DNA from: Fimbriimonadales bacterium
GTDB lineage: Bacteria > Armatimonadota > Fimbriimonadia > Fimbriimonadales > ATM1
Direction of reading: 5' to 3'
DNA: 64,000 nucleotides
NCBI GenBank assembly: GCA_051003155.1
Contig: JBPCLO010000053.1
Coordinates: 26,676 to 90,675 of the forward strand
Below the pieces are notes generated by a model. The model worked only from the letters and a program-made list of their open reading frames with translations, ran no database searches and was not told the origin of the DNA. Shown here piece after piece: positions 29,988 through 39,834 of this stretch (positions are counted from its first letter, which is position 1; every line of letters starts with the position of its first letter). A program made the position numbers and the translations under genes.

Positions 29988-31322
29988 GTGAAGACGGCAC
30001 GGCCGACAGACGGCATGAAAATATCCGAAAGCGTACGGTTAGAGCCGGGGGTCTACGTTTTGCCGCACGGGATCGAGGTGGTTGCCGACGGAATACGAAT
30101 CGAGGCTGCGGACGTCACCTTGATCGGACAGAAGCAAGACCTCATTGGAATCACGGTGCGATCGCGCCAGGGTGTCGCTGTCCACGGCATCTCGATCCGC
30201 AACTACTTTCAGGGAATTCACATTTCTAATTCAACTGGCATCGAATTAATTGGCGCTGTGATCGAAGGCACTCATGAGGCAAAACCCAATACGGAGTTTC
30301 TGAATATTTGGCAACCGCCCGAACAATCGCCTGGAGGCGCGATTTGCCTGATCGACTGCGAGGACTGCCGCGTCGAGGGAAATTCGTTCCAACACCAAAT
30401 GAACGGCATCCTCACATTTCGTTGCGTGCGGCTCTCAGTGGTCGGCAATCAGTGTAGCTACAACAGCGGCTGGGGAATCCACCTTTGTGAAACAGTCGAT
30501 TCCCTTTTCGAAGCTAATTCGTGTGATTACTGCTGTCGCTTCGAGCCGCGAGAAGGTGGTCCGCACTTTGGCCACATGGGCGCCGACGCGGCCGGGTTCC
30601 TTGTGGTTAAAGGTTCCTCCCGAAACAAGTTCATTGGCAACACGGCGAGAATGGGCGGCGACGGGTTCTTTTTGGCGGGGCTCTTGCCCGATGGCACTCC
30701 GTGCGGATGCAATGACAACTTGTTCGAAGGGAACGACGCTTCGCTCAGCCCGAACATAGGGTTTGAATCGACCTTTTGCGAGTGCAACACTTTCCGCAAT
30801 AACATTGCCGATCGCTGCAATTACGGATTTTGGTGCGGATACAGCAAAGATTTCCGGATCGAGAAGAATAGAATGCTGTTCAATGGGCAAGCCGGAATCG
30901 CGGTGGAGAACGGCGTCGGCTTCCACGTGCTCGACAATCAATTCCAATCGAACGGGCACGGCATTTTGCTATGGAGCAGTTATTCGGAGGATTTCCGTGT
31001 AGCATTTCCGGATCGTGACACGAGCCGCGAGTGGTCGATCGAAAACAACTCTTTCCTTAGCAACGGAAAGGCCATCCGAATCGCAGCCGACCAAGATCAC
31101 GGAATCCGACCTGGAAAAGTCGGTGCCCAGAGGCCCCACCACCACTCGATCACCAACAACTGCATCCAAAATAACAGGGTGGGAATCGAACTGGTCGATT
31201 CAGACCATAGCAAAATTGAAGGCAACACGATTCACAATAATGTCGAAGCCAATATCATCATCGCGGATTGCGAAGGAAGCCGCATTTTGAACAATCTCGG
31301 TTCTGCGGGGGGATACCTATAG
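29988..31322 (+). CDS. Right-handed parallel beta-helix (NosD-like) protein
   Basis: Repeated N-x-GI-x-L beta-helix turns; start uncertain (29979, 29988 or 30015). Confidence 0.8.
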   Translation: MKTARPTDGMKISESVRLEPGVYVLPHGIEVVADGIRIEAADVTLIGQKQDLIGITVRSRQGVAVHGISIRNYFQGIHISNSTGIELIGAVIEGTHEAKPNTEFLNIWQPPEQSPGGAICLIDCEDCRVEGNSFQHQMNGILTFRCVRLSVVGNQCSYNSGWGIHLCETVDSLFEANSCDYCCRFEPREGGPHFGHMGADAAGFLVVKGSSRNKFIGNTARMGGDGFFLAGLLPDGTPCGCNDNLFEGNDASLSPNIGFESTFCECNTFRNNIADRCNYGFWCGYSKDFRIEKNRMLFNGQAGIAVENGVGFHVLDNQFQSNGHGILLWSSYSEDFRVAFPDRDTSREWSIENNSFLSNGKAIRIAADQDHGIRPGKVGAQRPHHHSITNNCIQNNRVGIELVDSDHSKIEGNTIHNNVEANIIIADCEGSRILNNLGSAGGYL

Positions 31323-32326
31323 TTTACGACAACATTATCCGGCCGCTTCTTTTCAGAATGGATGCGGAAACGGCCCACAATCTCGGACTATGGGCAGTTG
31401 GGTCCGGTTTTGTCGGTGGGGAAATCGTCGATAACCCACGTCTCTCATGCACTGCCTTTGGCACACAACTGTCGAACCCGCTCGGCCTGGCTGCGGGCTT
31501 CGATAAGAATGGAGTCGCGGCCGCCCACTGGCAAGATCTGGGCTTTGGATTCGCCGAAATCGGAACCGTCACGCCCGAAGCTCAACCCGGCAACCCAAAG
31601 CCCCGCATGTTTCGATTTCCCGAGAACGGCGCCATTATCAACCGGCTGGGCTTCAACAACAGTGGAGCGCGCGAAGTGGTGAAAAATCTGCTCGCTGCGG
31701 CTACCAGGTTTCCAATCGGCATAAATCTTGGCAAAGGAATCGATACTCCGCTAGAAGACGCCGCAGACGATTACAAGCGCGGGGTGAAGAAGCTACAGGG
31801 CATCGCAAACTACTACGTAATTAACGTCAGTTCGCCGAACACACCGGGCTTGAGAGACCTTCAGCAAGTCCACCGGCTCGAAGAAATCGTCGCCGCAGTT
31901 CGAGAAATATCGAACGAACGATTGTTTGTAAAGATCAGCCCCGATCAATCGGCCGACGAAATTGTAAAAATCACCGAAATGGCAATCCGCTTGGCGCTTT
32001 CCGGAATTATCGCAACGAACACAACTATACGCCGAGTTTTTCCAACGGAAGAAGCCGGCGGATTATCGGGCAAGCCTCTGAGAGAGCGGGCGGAAGAAGT
32101 GTGCCGCCTCGTGCGACAAGTTGGCGATGGCTTGGAGATCGTCGGCGTCGGCGGGATCTTCACCGGCGAAGACCTTTACCGGCGACTCCAAGCCGGGGCA
32201 ACCGTTTGCCAGATTTACACTTCTTTCGTTTATCGAGGCCGCTCGGCTGCCGCGCTCATACTGAACGAGCTCTTGCAGTGCATGGATCGCGACGGCATCT
32301 CGAGCGTCGTCCAGATTCCCCGTTAG
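31319..32326 (+). CDS. pyrD: Quinone-dependent dihydroorotate dehydrogenase (possible ATA start)
   Basis: GLAAGFDKN, INRLGFNN, NVSSPNT, ATNTT and GGLSG motifs; start codon uncertain. Confidence 0.95.
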   Translation: MVYDNIIRPLLFRMDAETAHNLGLWAVGSGFVGGEIVDNPRLSCTAFGTQLSNPLGLAAGFDKNGVAAAHWQDLGFGFAEIGTVTPEAQPGNPKPRMFRFPENGAIINRLGFNNSGAREVVKNLLAAATRFPIGINLGKGIDTPLEDAADDYKRGVKKLQGIANYYVINVSSPNTPGLRDLQQVHRLEEIVAAVREISNERLFVKISPDQSADEIVKITEMAIRLALSGIIATNTTIRRVFPTEEAGGLSGKPLRERAEEVCRLVRQVGDGLEIVGVGGIFTGEDLYRRLQAGATVCQIYTSFVYRGRSAAALILNELLQCMDRDGISSVVQIPR

Positions 32327-32340
32327 GTATCCTTCACGCG

Positions 32341-32748
32341 ATGCGGCCGTCCTACTCGCCAATGATGGGTATCCTCGCTTCGGCGATTTTGGCGACATTC
32401 ACCATCAGCGTGTTCGCCCGAAGTGAGCTTAGAGGGCCCGAGGGAACGATTCACCGCTATTTTATGGCTGTGCAGGCGAAGGATGCGCGGCGGGCGGCTG
32501 CATTAGCCATCGGACCTACTTCGGAGTTTATAAAATGGTCGCGCTTTTTCAGCAACGCGTTCACCGCTAGCGCCAGATACCAAATCGTGGATGTTAGGCG
32601 CAGCCGAGAAAATGCTCGAGCCGGCGTGATCCTCATTTCACCGAGCGGGCAAGAGCTTCCTCTCATCATTTCGCTTCGACGCATTGGCAAGGACTGGCGA
32701 GTGAATATGCGCGGCTGGAGCCTGCCCGCGCCAATTCGGCAATCATGA
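32341..32748 (+). CDS. Hypothetical membrane-anchored protein (NTF2-like)
   Basis: N-terminal TM, then GPEGTIHRYF...WRV; TATCCT 7 nt before the ATG. Confidence 0.65.
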   Translation: MRPSYSPMMGILASAILATFTISVFARSELRGPEGTIHRYFMAVQAKDARRAAALAIGPTSEFIKWSRFFSNAFTASARYQIVDVRRSRENARAGVILISPSGQELPLIISLRRIGKDWRVNMRGWSLPAPIRQS

Positions 32749-33197
32749 AATACAGATCCTTACAGCGCGGCTCGACCCGCATGAACCTCATCGTCGTACT
32801 CGGCATTGCCGGTTTAGCAGCGATCTTGTTGCTGCTTACCCTAACCCAGCAATCTCCACAGGAAGCAGCAAACGAGTTTATGGAGGCTCTCGCTACGAAG
32901 GACGTGAACAGGCTGGCGGAGATGAGCTACCTCGAAAGTCCGAAGACGCCGTTAAAAGAGCAGTGGGACGTCGCTGTGAACGAACGCGCCAAGAATTTCG
33001 TGTTTATCTGGCTTTTCGAGAGCAGCCGTCAGCCGAGCCCTGAGGAGGCAGTGGTTAGGCTCACCATCTTAGAATTCCGCGGGCCGGATCCAAAGGAGTC
33101 AGAGCCATACGAGATCCCCCTGCTTAAACGAGACGGCCAGTGGAAGGTCGATCTGGCTTCGCTAACGCGAAAATTCTTCCCCGCCTTGCCCCGTTAG
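32745..33197 (+). CDS. Hypothetical membrane-anchored protein (DUF4878/NTF2-like)
   Basis: TM followed by SPQEAANEFMEAL...LKRDGQWKVD. Confidence 0.75.
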   Translation: MKYRSLQRGSTRMNLIVVLGIAGLAAILLLLTLTQQSPQEAANEFMEALATKDVNRLAEMSYLESPKTPLKEQWDVAVNERAKNFVFIWLFESSRQPSPEEAVVRLTILEFRGPDPKESEPYEIPLLKRDGQWKVDLASLTRKFFPALPR

Positions 33198-34282
33198 TCT
33201 TTCACAAGAATTGCATACCGGTGGCGACTGCCGACCGGGTAGATCGCGACCCAGCACGGCTGTCTTCCTTCACTTCGCAAAGACTGTCTAAGTCGGCGGA
33301 CGTCGATGGCAACTCCTCTGGTCTTGATGTCCGGGGTGGCGCCGCCTTGCGCGGACAGGTCCTTGCGGATGGATCGCTCGTGGAAGGCTCCGCTCGCCAC
33401 AGTTCTATATGCAGTGAGCCAGGGTGATTGCACAAGCCGCCGTGCGGTCACGTAACCGTTCGAATCTCCCAGGAGCGCCAGACCGTGCCGTTCGGCAAGC
33501 GTGCCGAGGCAATGCGCTCGGATTGCAGCCGGGTCAGCTTCGTAGAAATATTCCACTGGTTCGGCAACCGATGCACCGGCGCCCAGCGCTTCCAACCGAT
33601 CGCCGCTCTCGACCAAAACCGCCCACCTTCCCGACTCCGAGTCCTGGCCCAGCCAGACTGTCGCCTCGCGGCACTCGCCCCCTAACGACAGAAACTCCAA
33701 GCTGGCACCCAGTTCCGCGAACGCGTCATCACTGATCATTGGGCTCAGCTTTAGGCCCGCCAACTTCAATGAAGCCATCCTCTTGGCTAGGGTGAACGGA
33801 TCCGGGCTGAAATGTCCCGGGTCGCGCTCGCGCCGGCCCCCTGAACGGCGCGACGGGTCGGCGAATGCATATGAAAAGGGCCAACTCGCGAACAAGCAAT
33901 CGGCAACGTGAACCGGAGCGGACAGTCCGTAGACCCCAAGATTGTGCTCCGCGTAGCGCTGGCGCTCCAGTACGATTTCGAAGCCCAAGACGGGACCCCG
34001 CTCCGCCAACGCGATCAAGTCCGCCCCTATTCCTGCGGTGAGATCGCCAACCAACTCGCCGTGCGGAAACTTCGCAGCCCTATATCGGGCGATCTTCATA
34101 TGGGACGCCTGCTCCATCGCTTCGCGCACGAAGAGCATTGCGTCGGCTTTCTCGAACTTGGCCCGGGCTGCCCCGCGCAGCTTCCACTGCGTAAACGCCC
34201 ATGCAGCATCCTCTGCCGAGGTCGCTATCGCTACGCGAGCGATCGCCGACGCGGATGGTTCAAGCCCGCGGGACAACTCCAA
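33194..34282 (-). CDS. Class I SAM-dependent methyltransferase with THUMP-like C-terminus
   Basis: MEQAS, DLTAGIGAD, ADPSRR, KLSP and YEADPAAIRA motifs. Confidence 0.82.
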   Translation of the reverse strand: MELSRGLEPSASAIARVAIATSAEDAAWAFTQWKLRGAARAKFEKADAMLFVREAMEQASHMKIARYRAAKFPHGELVGDLTAGIGADLIALAERGPVLGFEIVLERQRYAEHNLGVYGLSAPVHVADCLFASWPFSYAFADPSRRSGGRRERDPGHFSPDPFTLAKRMASLKLAGLKLSPMISDDAFAELGASLEFLSLGGECREATVWLGQDSESGRWAVLVESGDRLEALGAGASVAEPVEYFYEADPAAIRAHCLGTLAERHGLALLGDSNGYVTARRLVQSPWLTAYRTVASGAFHERSIRKDLSAQGGATPDIKTRGVAIDVRRLRQSLRSEGRQPCWVAIYPVGSRHRYAILVKD

Positions 34283-34299
34283 TGCGGCGTCACGAGTAT

Positions 34300-34824
34300 C
34301 TATTCGCGCTTCGACCTATGATAACGCCACCGCCGAACGATCGGCGTGACGAAGATGGCAACCCCCGTAATGGATAATGTTATTAGGCCAATAGCGACTA
34401 CAGGAAGCCAATAAAGGTGCATCCAATCGGCGAAATAGCTCAGGTCGTGAATGTCCTCCGCCAACTGGTCGATTCGGTGGGCGACGTTCAGGACCTTGCC
34501 GGTCTTCCCGTCGACTTGCACCTCGTGGTAGCCACGGACGCTGACGATCTTGAAAACGTTTTTGTTGGGCCGGTAGTCGATCCTATCTATATCGTCACAC
34601 GTCTTCAGCTCAGGAATGTTCAAGGCAAACGCGGCGGACGCAGCCTTGTCGACGGAAACCACGTCGGCAAGGCCCTGGATTTTTTGCCCGTCGTGCGTGG
34701 GAGGCTTGACCCAACCGAACGTGTCTTTGGTGGCAAGTAGGAACCCGGTCACGGCGATCGTCGCCAGAAACAGGGCCGCGATGATGCCAACCCACCTATG
34801 GCCGGTACGAATAAAGTGATACAT
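34300..34824 (-). CDS. PepSY-associated TM helix protein
   Basis: HRWVG...TGFLL, QVDGKTGKVL and DIHD motifs. Confidence 0.85.
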   Translation of the reverse strand: MYHFIRTGHRWVGIIAALFLATIAVTGFLLATKDTFGWVKPPTHDGQKIQGLADVVSVDKAASAAFALNIPELKTCDDIDRIDYRPNKNVFKIVSVRGYHEVQVDGKTGKVLNVAHRIDQLAEDIHDLSYFADWMHLYWLPVVAIGLITLSITGVAIFVTPIVRRWRYHRSKRE

Positions 34825-34920
34825 GGAACCGTAGGAAAACTACCCGTTTGTATCGGCTCCTGCGTGCCCGGATTGCAGACCACGGGCTAAATCTTGTTTA
34901 ATGTGGGTAGGTAAGGACAC

Positions 34921-35160
34921 TTGAAACGATCGAACAGATTCGTAATCGGAACCGTACTCTTCCTGCTTCTCGCGGCGCTCATATTCATTCAATCGCGAAA
35001 TACGGGCATCGAAGAGGATGGGCACGAGCATGAAGCCACACCCACGGCGGCCACGCCCGACAAGGCGCCGCCAACGGTTGAAGACTTGCAGAAGGAAATT
35101 GGCGGAGCCGGCTCGGCCGGGGGTCCCGTCCGGCGGAAGAAGCCCGGGACCGACCCGTAA
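34921..35160 (+). CDS. Small hypothetical membrane-anchored protein
   Basis: SD AAGGA before TTG; N-terminal TM; HEHE motif. Confidence 0.6.
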   Translation: MKRSNRFVIGTVLFLLLAALIFIQSRNTGIEEDGHEHEATPTAATPDKAPPTVEDLQKEIGGAGSAGGPVRRKKPGTDP

Positions 35161-35204
35161 CTTGGCTATAATCTAACTGCCCCTTCAGGGGCAAAATTGC
35201 CGTC

Positions 35205-37346
35205 ATGGAGGATGGCATGAACGTACGAATGAGGCAAAGGCGCACAGTTCGCAAGGCTCGGCAGGATTCCGAGCATCGCTGGTACGACATCGCCGGGGTG
35301 GTCTTAATCGCCGCGGGCATTATCGCCATACTCAGTCTCTTGCTCCCCGACACTGGTGTGCTTGGAGGAGCAGCCGGCGGATCTCTGGAAATGCTCTTCG
35401 GCCAAGGGGCCACGGCGGTCCCGGTGATCCTCATTCTAATTGGCGGAGCGATACTGCTTGGCCGACGGTCGATCAAGATCGGCATTCTGACATGGGGCTT
35501 AGTGCTAGTTTGCTTGGCTATTCTTGGCTTCATGTCCAGAACGGGCGGCGACTACTTCGACCCGGAACATGTCGAGCAAAGCGGTGGGTACATCGGTTCG
35601 GTGATGGGCTGGAGCTTTCAGAGCCTCTTCGGATCTGCAATGGGTGTGGGGCTAGGCGCCGTCGCGATCGTGGGGCTGATCCTATGCATAAATGTCCCCG
35701 CGCAAGTCATTTTTGCCGCCCTCCGGGAGCGAGCAAAGCATCTCGCCGCGCGGAAGCAGACTTCCTGGGCGAAGCCGACGACTGTCCGACCCATACGAAA
35801 CGCTTCCCCGGTCATCGACCGTGAGCCCGAGTATGAACATCCGGAAGCGTCGCGAGAGCGCGAGCGTCCGAAGCCTATGTCGCGAGACACCCTGAAGGCA
35901 TCGCCTGCTACGATCTCTCCGATCCCGAAGGAAGGCTATACCCTGCCCCCGCTGAGCCTGCTTCGTGAGCCTGATCCGAAACCTAAGCGAACGCAAAGCG
36001 AAGTCCAAGAAAACATCGACATCCTCGAGTCGACGCTGGAAGAATTCGGCATCGAAGCCAACGTCGTCGAGATCGCCCACGGCCCTACTATCACGCGTTA
36101 CGAAATCCAGCTCGGGCCAGGCATCCGCGTGTCGAGGATCAAGAATCTTGCCGATAACATCGCCATGAGCCTCGCAGCCAACCATGTTCGCGTGGAAGCA
36201 CCGATCCCTGGAAAGGCCGCGATCGGCATCGAGGTCCCCAACCTGAAGCGAAGCATGGTCACTCTTCGCGGGGTCGCCGACTCCGACGAGTTCATGAAGG
36301 GCGCGAGCAGAGTCGTCGTCTGCCTCGGACAGGATGTGAGCGGGCGCAACCAGTACGCAGACCTGGCGAAGATGCCGCACCTTCTCGTGGGCGGGGCAAC
36401 GAACAGCGGAAAATCGATCGGGCTTGCGTCGATCATTACGAGCTTGCTTCTGCGCAACACACCGAAAGACGTGCAACTCGTTCTCCTCGACCCGAAGCGC
36501 GTCGAGCTGACCTTATTCGATGACATCCCACACCTTATGTGTCCGGTCGTCAAGGACGTCAAGCAGATGGCGGGAGTTCTCAGGCAGGTTTGGCGCGAAA
36601 TGGACTGCCGATACGACACCTTCTCCGAGGTGCAAGCTCGCAATATCGAAGTCTACAACTCAAAGGCCTCGTTCGCTGATAGACTTCCCTACATCGTCGT
36701 GGTGATCGACGAACTCGCCGATCTAATGATTCAAGCGGCAGCGGAGGTCGAAACGAGCATCTGTAGACTCGCCCAACTCGCGCGCGCAACCGGAATACAC
36801 CTGGTCATCGCCACCCAGAGGCCGAGCGTCGACGTGATAACCGGCACGATCAAAGCCAATATCAGCAGCCGCATTGCGTTTTCAGTTTCATCGCAGGTCG
36901 ACTCGCGGACTATTTTGGACGCGGGCGGCGCCGACCAGCTTATCGGACAGGGCGACATGCTCTTCCTGCCCATCGACGCTAATAAGCCGACCAGAATCCA
37001 GGGCTGCTACGTTTCCGAGGCTGAAATCGCAGCTATCTGCGGCCATTGGAAAAACCAGGCCGAGCCGCACTACCAAATCGACCCGATCGCAGCCGTCGTC
37101 GAGCGCGAAGAAACAAAGATGGACATGGAGGAGAGCGACCCGTTCTGGGAAGACGCCGTCCGATGGGTGGTCGACCGTGGGCAGGCGTCGACGTCGATGC
37201 TGCAACGGCGGTTTAGCATCGGTTTCCAGCGTGCATCCCGCTTGCTGGATTTGATGGAAGAGCGCGGCATCGTCGGCCAGCGCGACGGGCCTCGGCCCAG
37301 GGAGGTTCTGCTGTCCCCGGGCGAAGTGGACGAGTTCTTGCGATAG
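35205..37346 (+). CDS. ftsK: DNA translocase FtsK/SpoIIIE
   Basis: N-terminal TMs; MPHLLVGGATNSGKS, IDELADLM, ATQRPS; gamma domain STSMLQRR. Confidence 0.96.
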   Translation: MEDGMNVRMRQRRTVRKARQDSEHRWYDIAGVVLIAAGIIAILSLLLPDTGVLGGAAGGSLEMLFGQGATAVPVILILIGGAILLGRRSIKIGILTWGLVLVCLAILGFMSRTGGDYFDPEHVEQSGGYIGSVMGWSFQSLFGSAMGVGLGAVAIVGLILCINVPAQVIFAALRERAKHLAARKQTSWAKPTTVRPIRNASPVIDREPEYEHPEASRERERPKPMSRDTLKASPATISPIPKEGYTLPPLSLLREPDPKPKRTQSEVQENIDILESTLEEFGIEANVVEIAHGPTITRYEIQLGPGIRVSRIKNLADNIAMSLAANHVRVEAPIPGKAAIGIEVPNLKRSMVTLRGVADSDEFMKGASRVVVCLGQDVSGRNQYADLAKMPHLLVGGATNSGKSIGLASIITSLLLRNTPKDVQLVLLDPKRVELTLFDDIPHLMCPVVKDVKQMAGVLRQVWREMDCRYDTFSEVQARNIEVYNSKASFADRLPYIVVVIDELADLMIQAAAEVETSICRLAQLARATGIHLVIATQRPSVDVITGTIKANISSRIAFSVSSQVDSRTILDAGGADQLIGQGDMLFLPIDANKPTRIQGCYVSEAEIAAICGHWKNQAEPHYQIDPIAAVVEREETKMDMEESDPFWEDAVRWVVDRGQASTSMLQRRFSIGFQRASRLLDLMEERGIVGQRDGPRPREVLLSPGEVDEFLR

Positions 37347-37407
37347 GTAGAGCCACCATCCTGACGGCATCCGGACAGCTCTCTTGCCGCCTAGAAGGCG
37401 GCGCTAC
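37347..37407. repeat. Inverted pair of GTAG-type REP-like sequences between convergent genes (may also act as terminator)
   Basis: GTAGAGCCACCATCCTGACGGC on + and GTAGCGCCGCCTTCTAGGCGGC on -. Confidence 0.6.
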
Positions 37408-38942
37408 AGCGTATGAATACTCTTGCCGTGAGCAGCAGTCTCGAAGGCTTCGAGGATAACCTCCGCGAAAGTCGGATGCGCATGAATGGTGTCGGTCATG
37501 TAATCGAGAGTTGCCTCGAGCTTCACAGCCGCAACCCCTTCGTGAATTAGGTCGGTAGCGTGCGGGCCAACGATGCTCATGCCGAGGACCTCGCCATATT
37601 TCTTTTCCGCGACGATCTTCACGAAACCGTCCTGCTCGGCAGCGGCCATTGCCTTTCCGTTCGGCCGGAAATTGAACTTTCCGATGGTCACATCGTAACC
37701 CTGCGCTTTGGCTTCCCCTTCGCTGAGGCCGACGCTCGCAATCTCGGGAATAGTATAAACGCAATTCGGCACGGCCTTATAATCCATCAGCTTGTCTCTG
37801 CCCATGCAGTTCTCGGAAGCAATAATCCCTTCCATGCTTGCGACGTGCGCGAGCTGAATTTTCCCGATCACGTCACCGATCGCATAAATATTAGGCACGT
37901 TGGTCTGCATCTTCTCGTTGACGACCTCGATGCCGCGCTTGTGCAGCTTAACGCCGATTTCTTCGAGGTTCATGCCGTCGGTATTCGATTTTCTGCCGAC
38001 GCCCAAGAGGACTACCTGCGCCTCGATCACCTGCGTGCCTGCCGCACCTTTAACCGTGCATTTCCAGCCATTTTTCGTCTTCGCGGCCCTCTCCACCGTC
38101 GCCCCGAGCACTACGTCGATACCTTGCTTTTTGAACTGCTTTCCAAGTTCGACGCCGAGGTCTTCGTCGAACATCGGTATCAAGTTCGGCATCATTTCGA
38201 CAACGGTGGTCTTTGCACCCAAGCCATTAAACACGTAGGCAAATTCCACGCCGACGGCGCCTCCGCCGACCACCAAGATACTCTTCGGAGCAAACGGTGC
38301 GAAAACGGCGTCGTCACTCGTCCAAACATTTTCTTCGGCACTCTTACCGAGGCCATCGATCGGCAAATGAATTACACTGGAACCACCGGCAATAATAAAA
38401 TTCTTAGCAGCGATTTTGCGTTTCTTTCCGTCTTTCTCGACCTCGATCGTATTTTTATCAACAAAGCTCGCAAATCCCTCGACGTGCTCGACACCGTTTT
38501 TTTTGAACAGCATTCCAACGCCCCCACGCTGCGTTTTAACAATTTTATCGACCCGTGCTTTCATCGCATCGAAGTCCGCTTCAGGAGTCCCCGAAACCTT
38601 CACACCAAGATCTCCAGCGTGCTTCACGAGATTCAATCTTTCGACGCTGGCGATCCAAACTTTCGAAGGAATACACCCCAAGTTAAGGCATGTGCCGCCA
38701 AGAAATTCCTTTTCGACGCACATCACTTTTCCACCTAGCTGAGCAGCGTGGATCGCGGCCACATATCCTCCAGGCCCGGCCCCGATTACAACAACGTCGG
38801 CGTCGAAATTGCCACCAGCCATATCTAAAGATTCCTCCTGAGGTGAAATTGATTCAATGTCTCGAATAAGGCTTTCCGCTCCCGTGGCCACCTCTACAGC
38901 AGGGCCGTTATGAGGAGGGGGCATCTGAGACTGATCTTCCAT
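37404..38942 (-). CDS. lpdA: Dihydrolipoyl dehydrogenase
   Basis: GAGPGG, GGTCLNLGCIPSK and HAHPTFAE motifs; about 40-aa N-terminal extension, so start uncertain. Confidence 0.95.
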   Translation of the reverse strand: MEDQSQMPPPHNGPAVEVATGAESLIRDIESISPQEESLDMAGGNFDADVVVIGAGPGGYVAAIHAAQLGGKVMCVEKEFLGGTCLNLGCIPSKVWIASVERLNLVKHAGDLGVKVSGTPEADFDAMKARVDKIVKTQRGGVGMLFKKNGVEHVEGFASFVDKNTIEVEKDGKKRKIAAKNFIIAGGSSVIHLPIDGLGKSAEENVWTSDDAVFAPFAPKSILVVGGGAVGVEFAYVFNGLGAKTTVVEMMPNLIPMFDEDLGVELGKQFKKQGIDVVLGATVERAAKTKNGWKCTVKGAAGTQVIEAQVVLLGVGRKSNTDGMNLEEIGVKLHKRGIEVVNEKMQTNVPNIYAIGDVIGKIQLAHVASMEGIIASENCMGRDKLMDYKAVPNCVYTIPEIASVGLSEGEAKAQGYDVTIGKFNFRPNGKAMAAAEQDGFVKIVAEKKYGEVLGMSIVGPHATDLIHEGVAAVKLEATLDYMTDTIHAHPTFAEVILEAFETAAHGKSIHTL

Positions 38943-38990
38943 TTTTAACGTTCTGCGACTCTGCCGCGGATACGATTCAAGTATACCGCC

Positions 38991-39815
38991 TCATATCCTC
39001 AGCCACTTGCCGGAATACACGTGCCGTGCCTTCGCGCTAGCTACTAGCGTCCCCCCGGGCCCAATCGCAACGGCGCACTCACCTCCCGGGTTATGAACTT
39101 CGACAGCAAGGATCGGATGCATTCGAAACCAACAAGCCGCCGTCGCCGCGCTGCCCGTACCGCAGCCAAGCGTCTCACCCGCACCCCTCTCCCAGATTCG
39201 AATCCTCAGCTTGTTATGGGCCAAGGGCCACGACCAGATCACGCTGGTTCGCTCCGGAAACCATTCGTGATGCTCCAAAACCGGGCTCACCTTCTGATAG
39301 TCACCCTCGCTCGGTGGTCCATCGCCGAGGATCACCGTATGCGTAGAACCGACGATCGTTGCGCAAAGTCGTAAAGGAACACCCTCGATCACCACCTCCC
39401 GATCGAAAACCTCATCCACGCCGCCGGCCAACGGCACATCGGCAGGCTCGAAACTCGGTTGGGGCAAACCAACGTCAATCCATCCGCCGAGACCAAACGC
39501 TACTTCGACATCGCGGCCGAGGTGAACGATCGTGAGCCCCTGGTCCGCCAGACCCTTGCGCTCTGTGTGCAGGGCAGCGCACCTCAGCCCGTTCCCGCAA
39601 AAATCCTCGGTGCCGTCAGGATTGAACATCCGCATCCTTACTCCATCGCCCTCCTGGGCCCAAGTCAAAAGCCCGTCGGAGCCAATTCCGAAGTTTCGAG
39701 CACACATCTTTTGGGACAACTCGGCCAAATCGGCGCCAATTGGCAGATCCTTCTCCTCGACAAGGACGAAGTCGTTGCCGATGCTGACGTATTTTGAGAA
39801 AGGCAGACCGTTCAT
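38991..39815 (-). CDS. dapF: Diaminopimelate epimerase
   Basis: GNDF, GIGSDG, CGNGLRC and WERGAGETLGCGTG motifs. Confidence 0.94.
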   Translation of the reverse strand: MNGLPFSKYVSIGNDFVLVEEKDLPIGADLAELSQKMCARNFGIGSDGLLTWAQEGDGVRMRMFNPDGTEDFCGNGLRCAALHTERKGLADQGLTIVHLGRDVEVAFGLGGWIDVGLPQPSFEPADVPLAGGVDEVFDREVVIEGVPLRLCATIVGSTHTVILGDGPPSEGDYQKVSPVLEHHEWFPERTSVIWSWPLAHNKLRIRIWERGAGETLGCGTGSAATAACWFRMHPILAVEVHNPGGECAVAIGPGGTLVASAKARHVYSGKWLRI

Positions 39816-39834
39816 GGGCGGGAGAGGGACAAGA

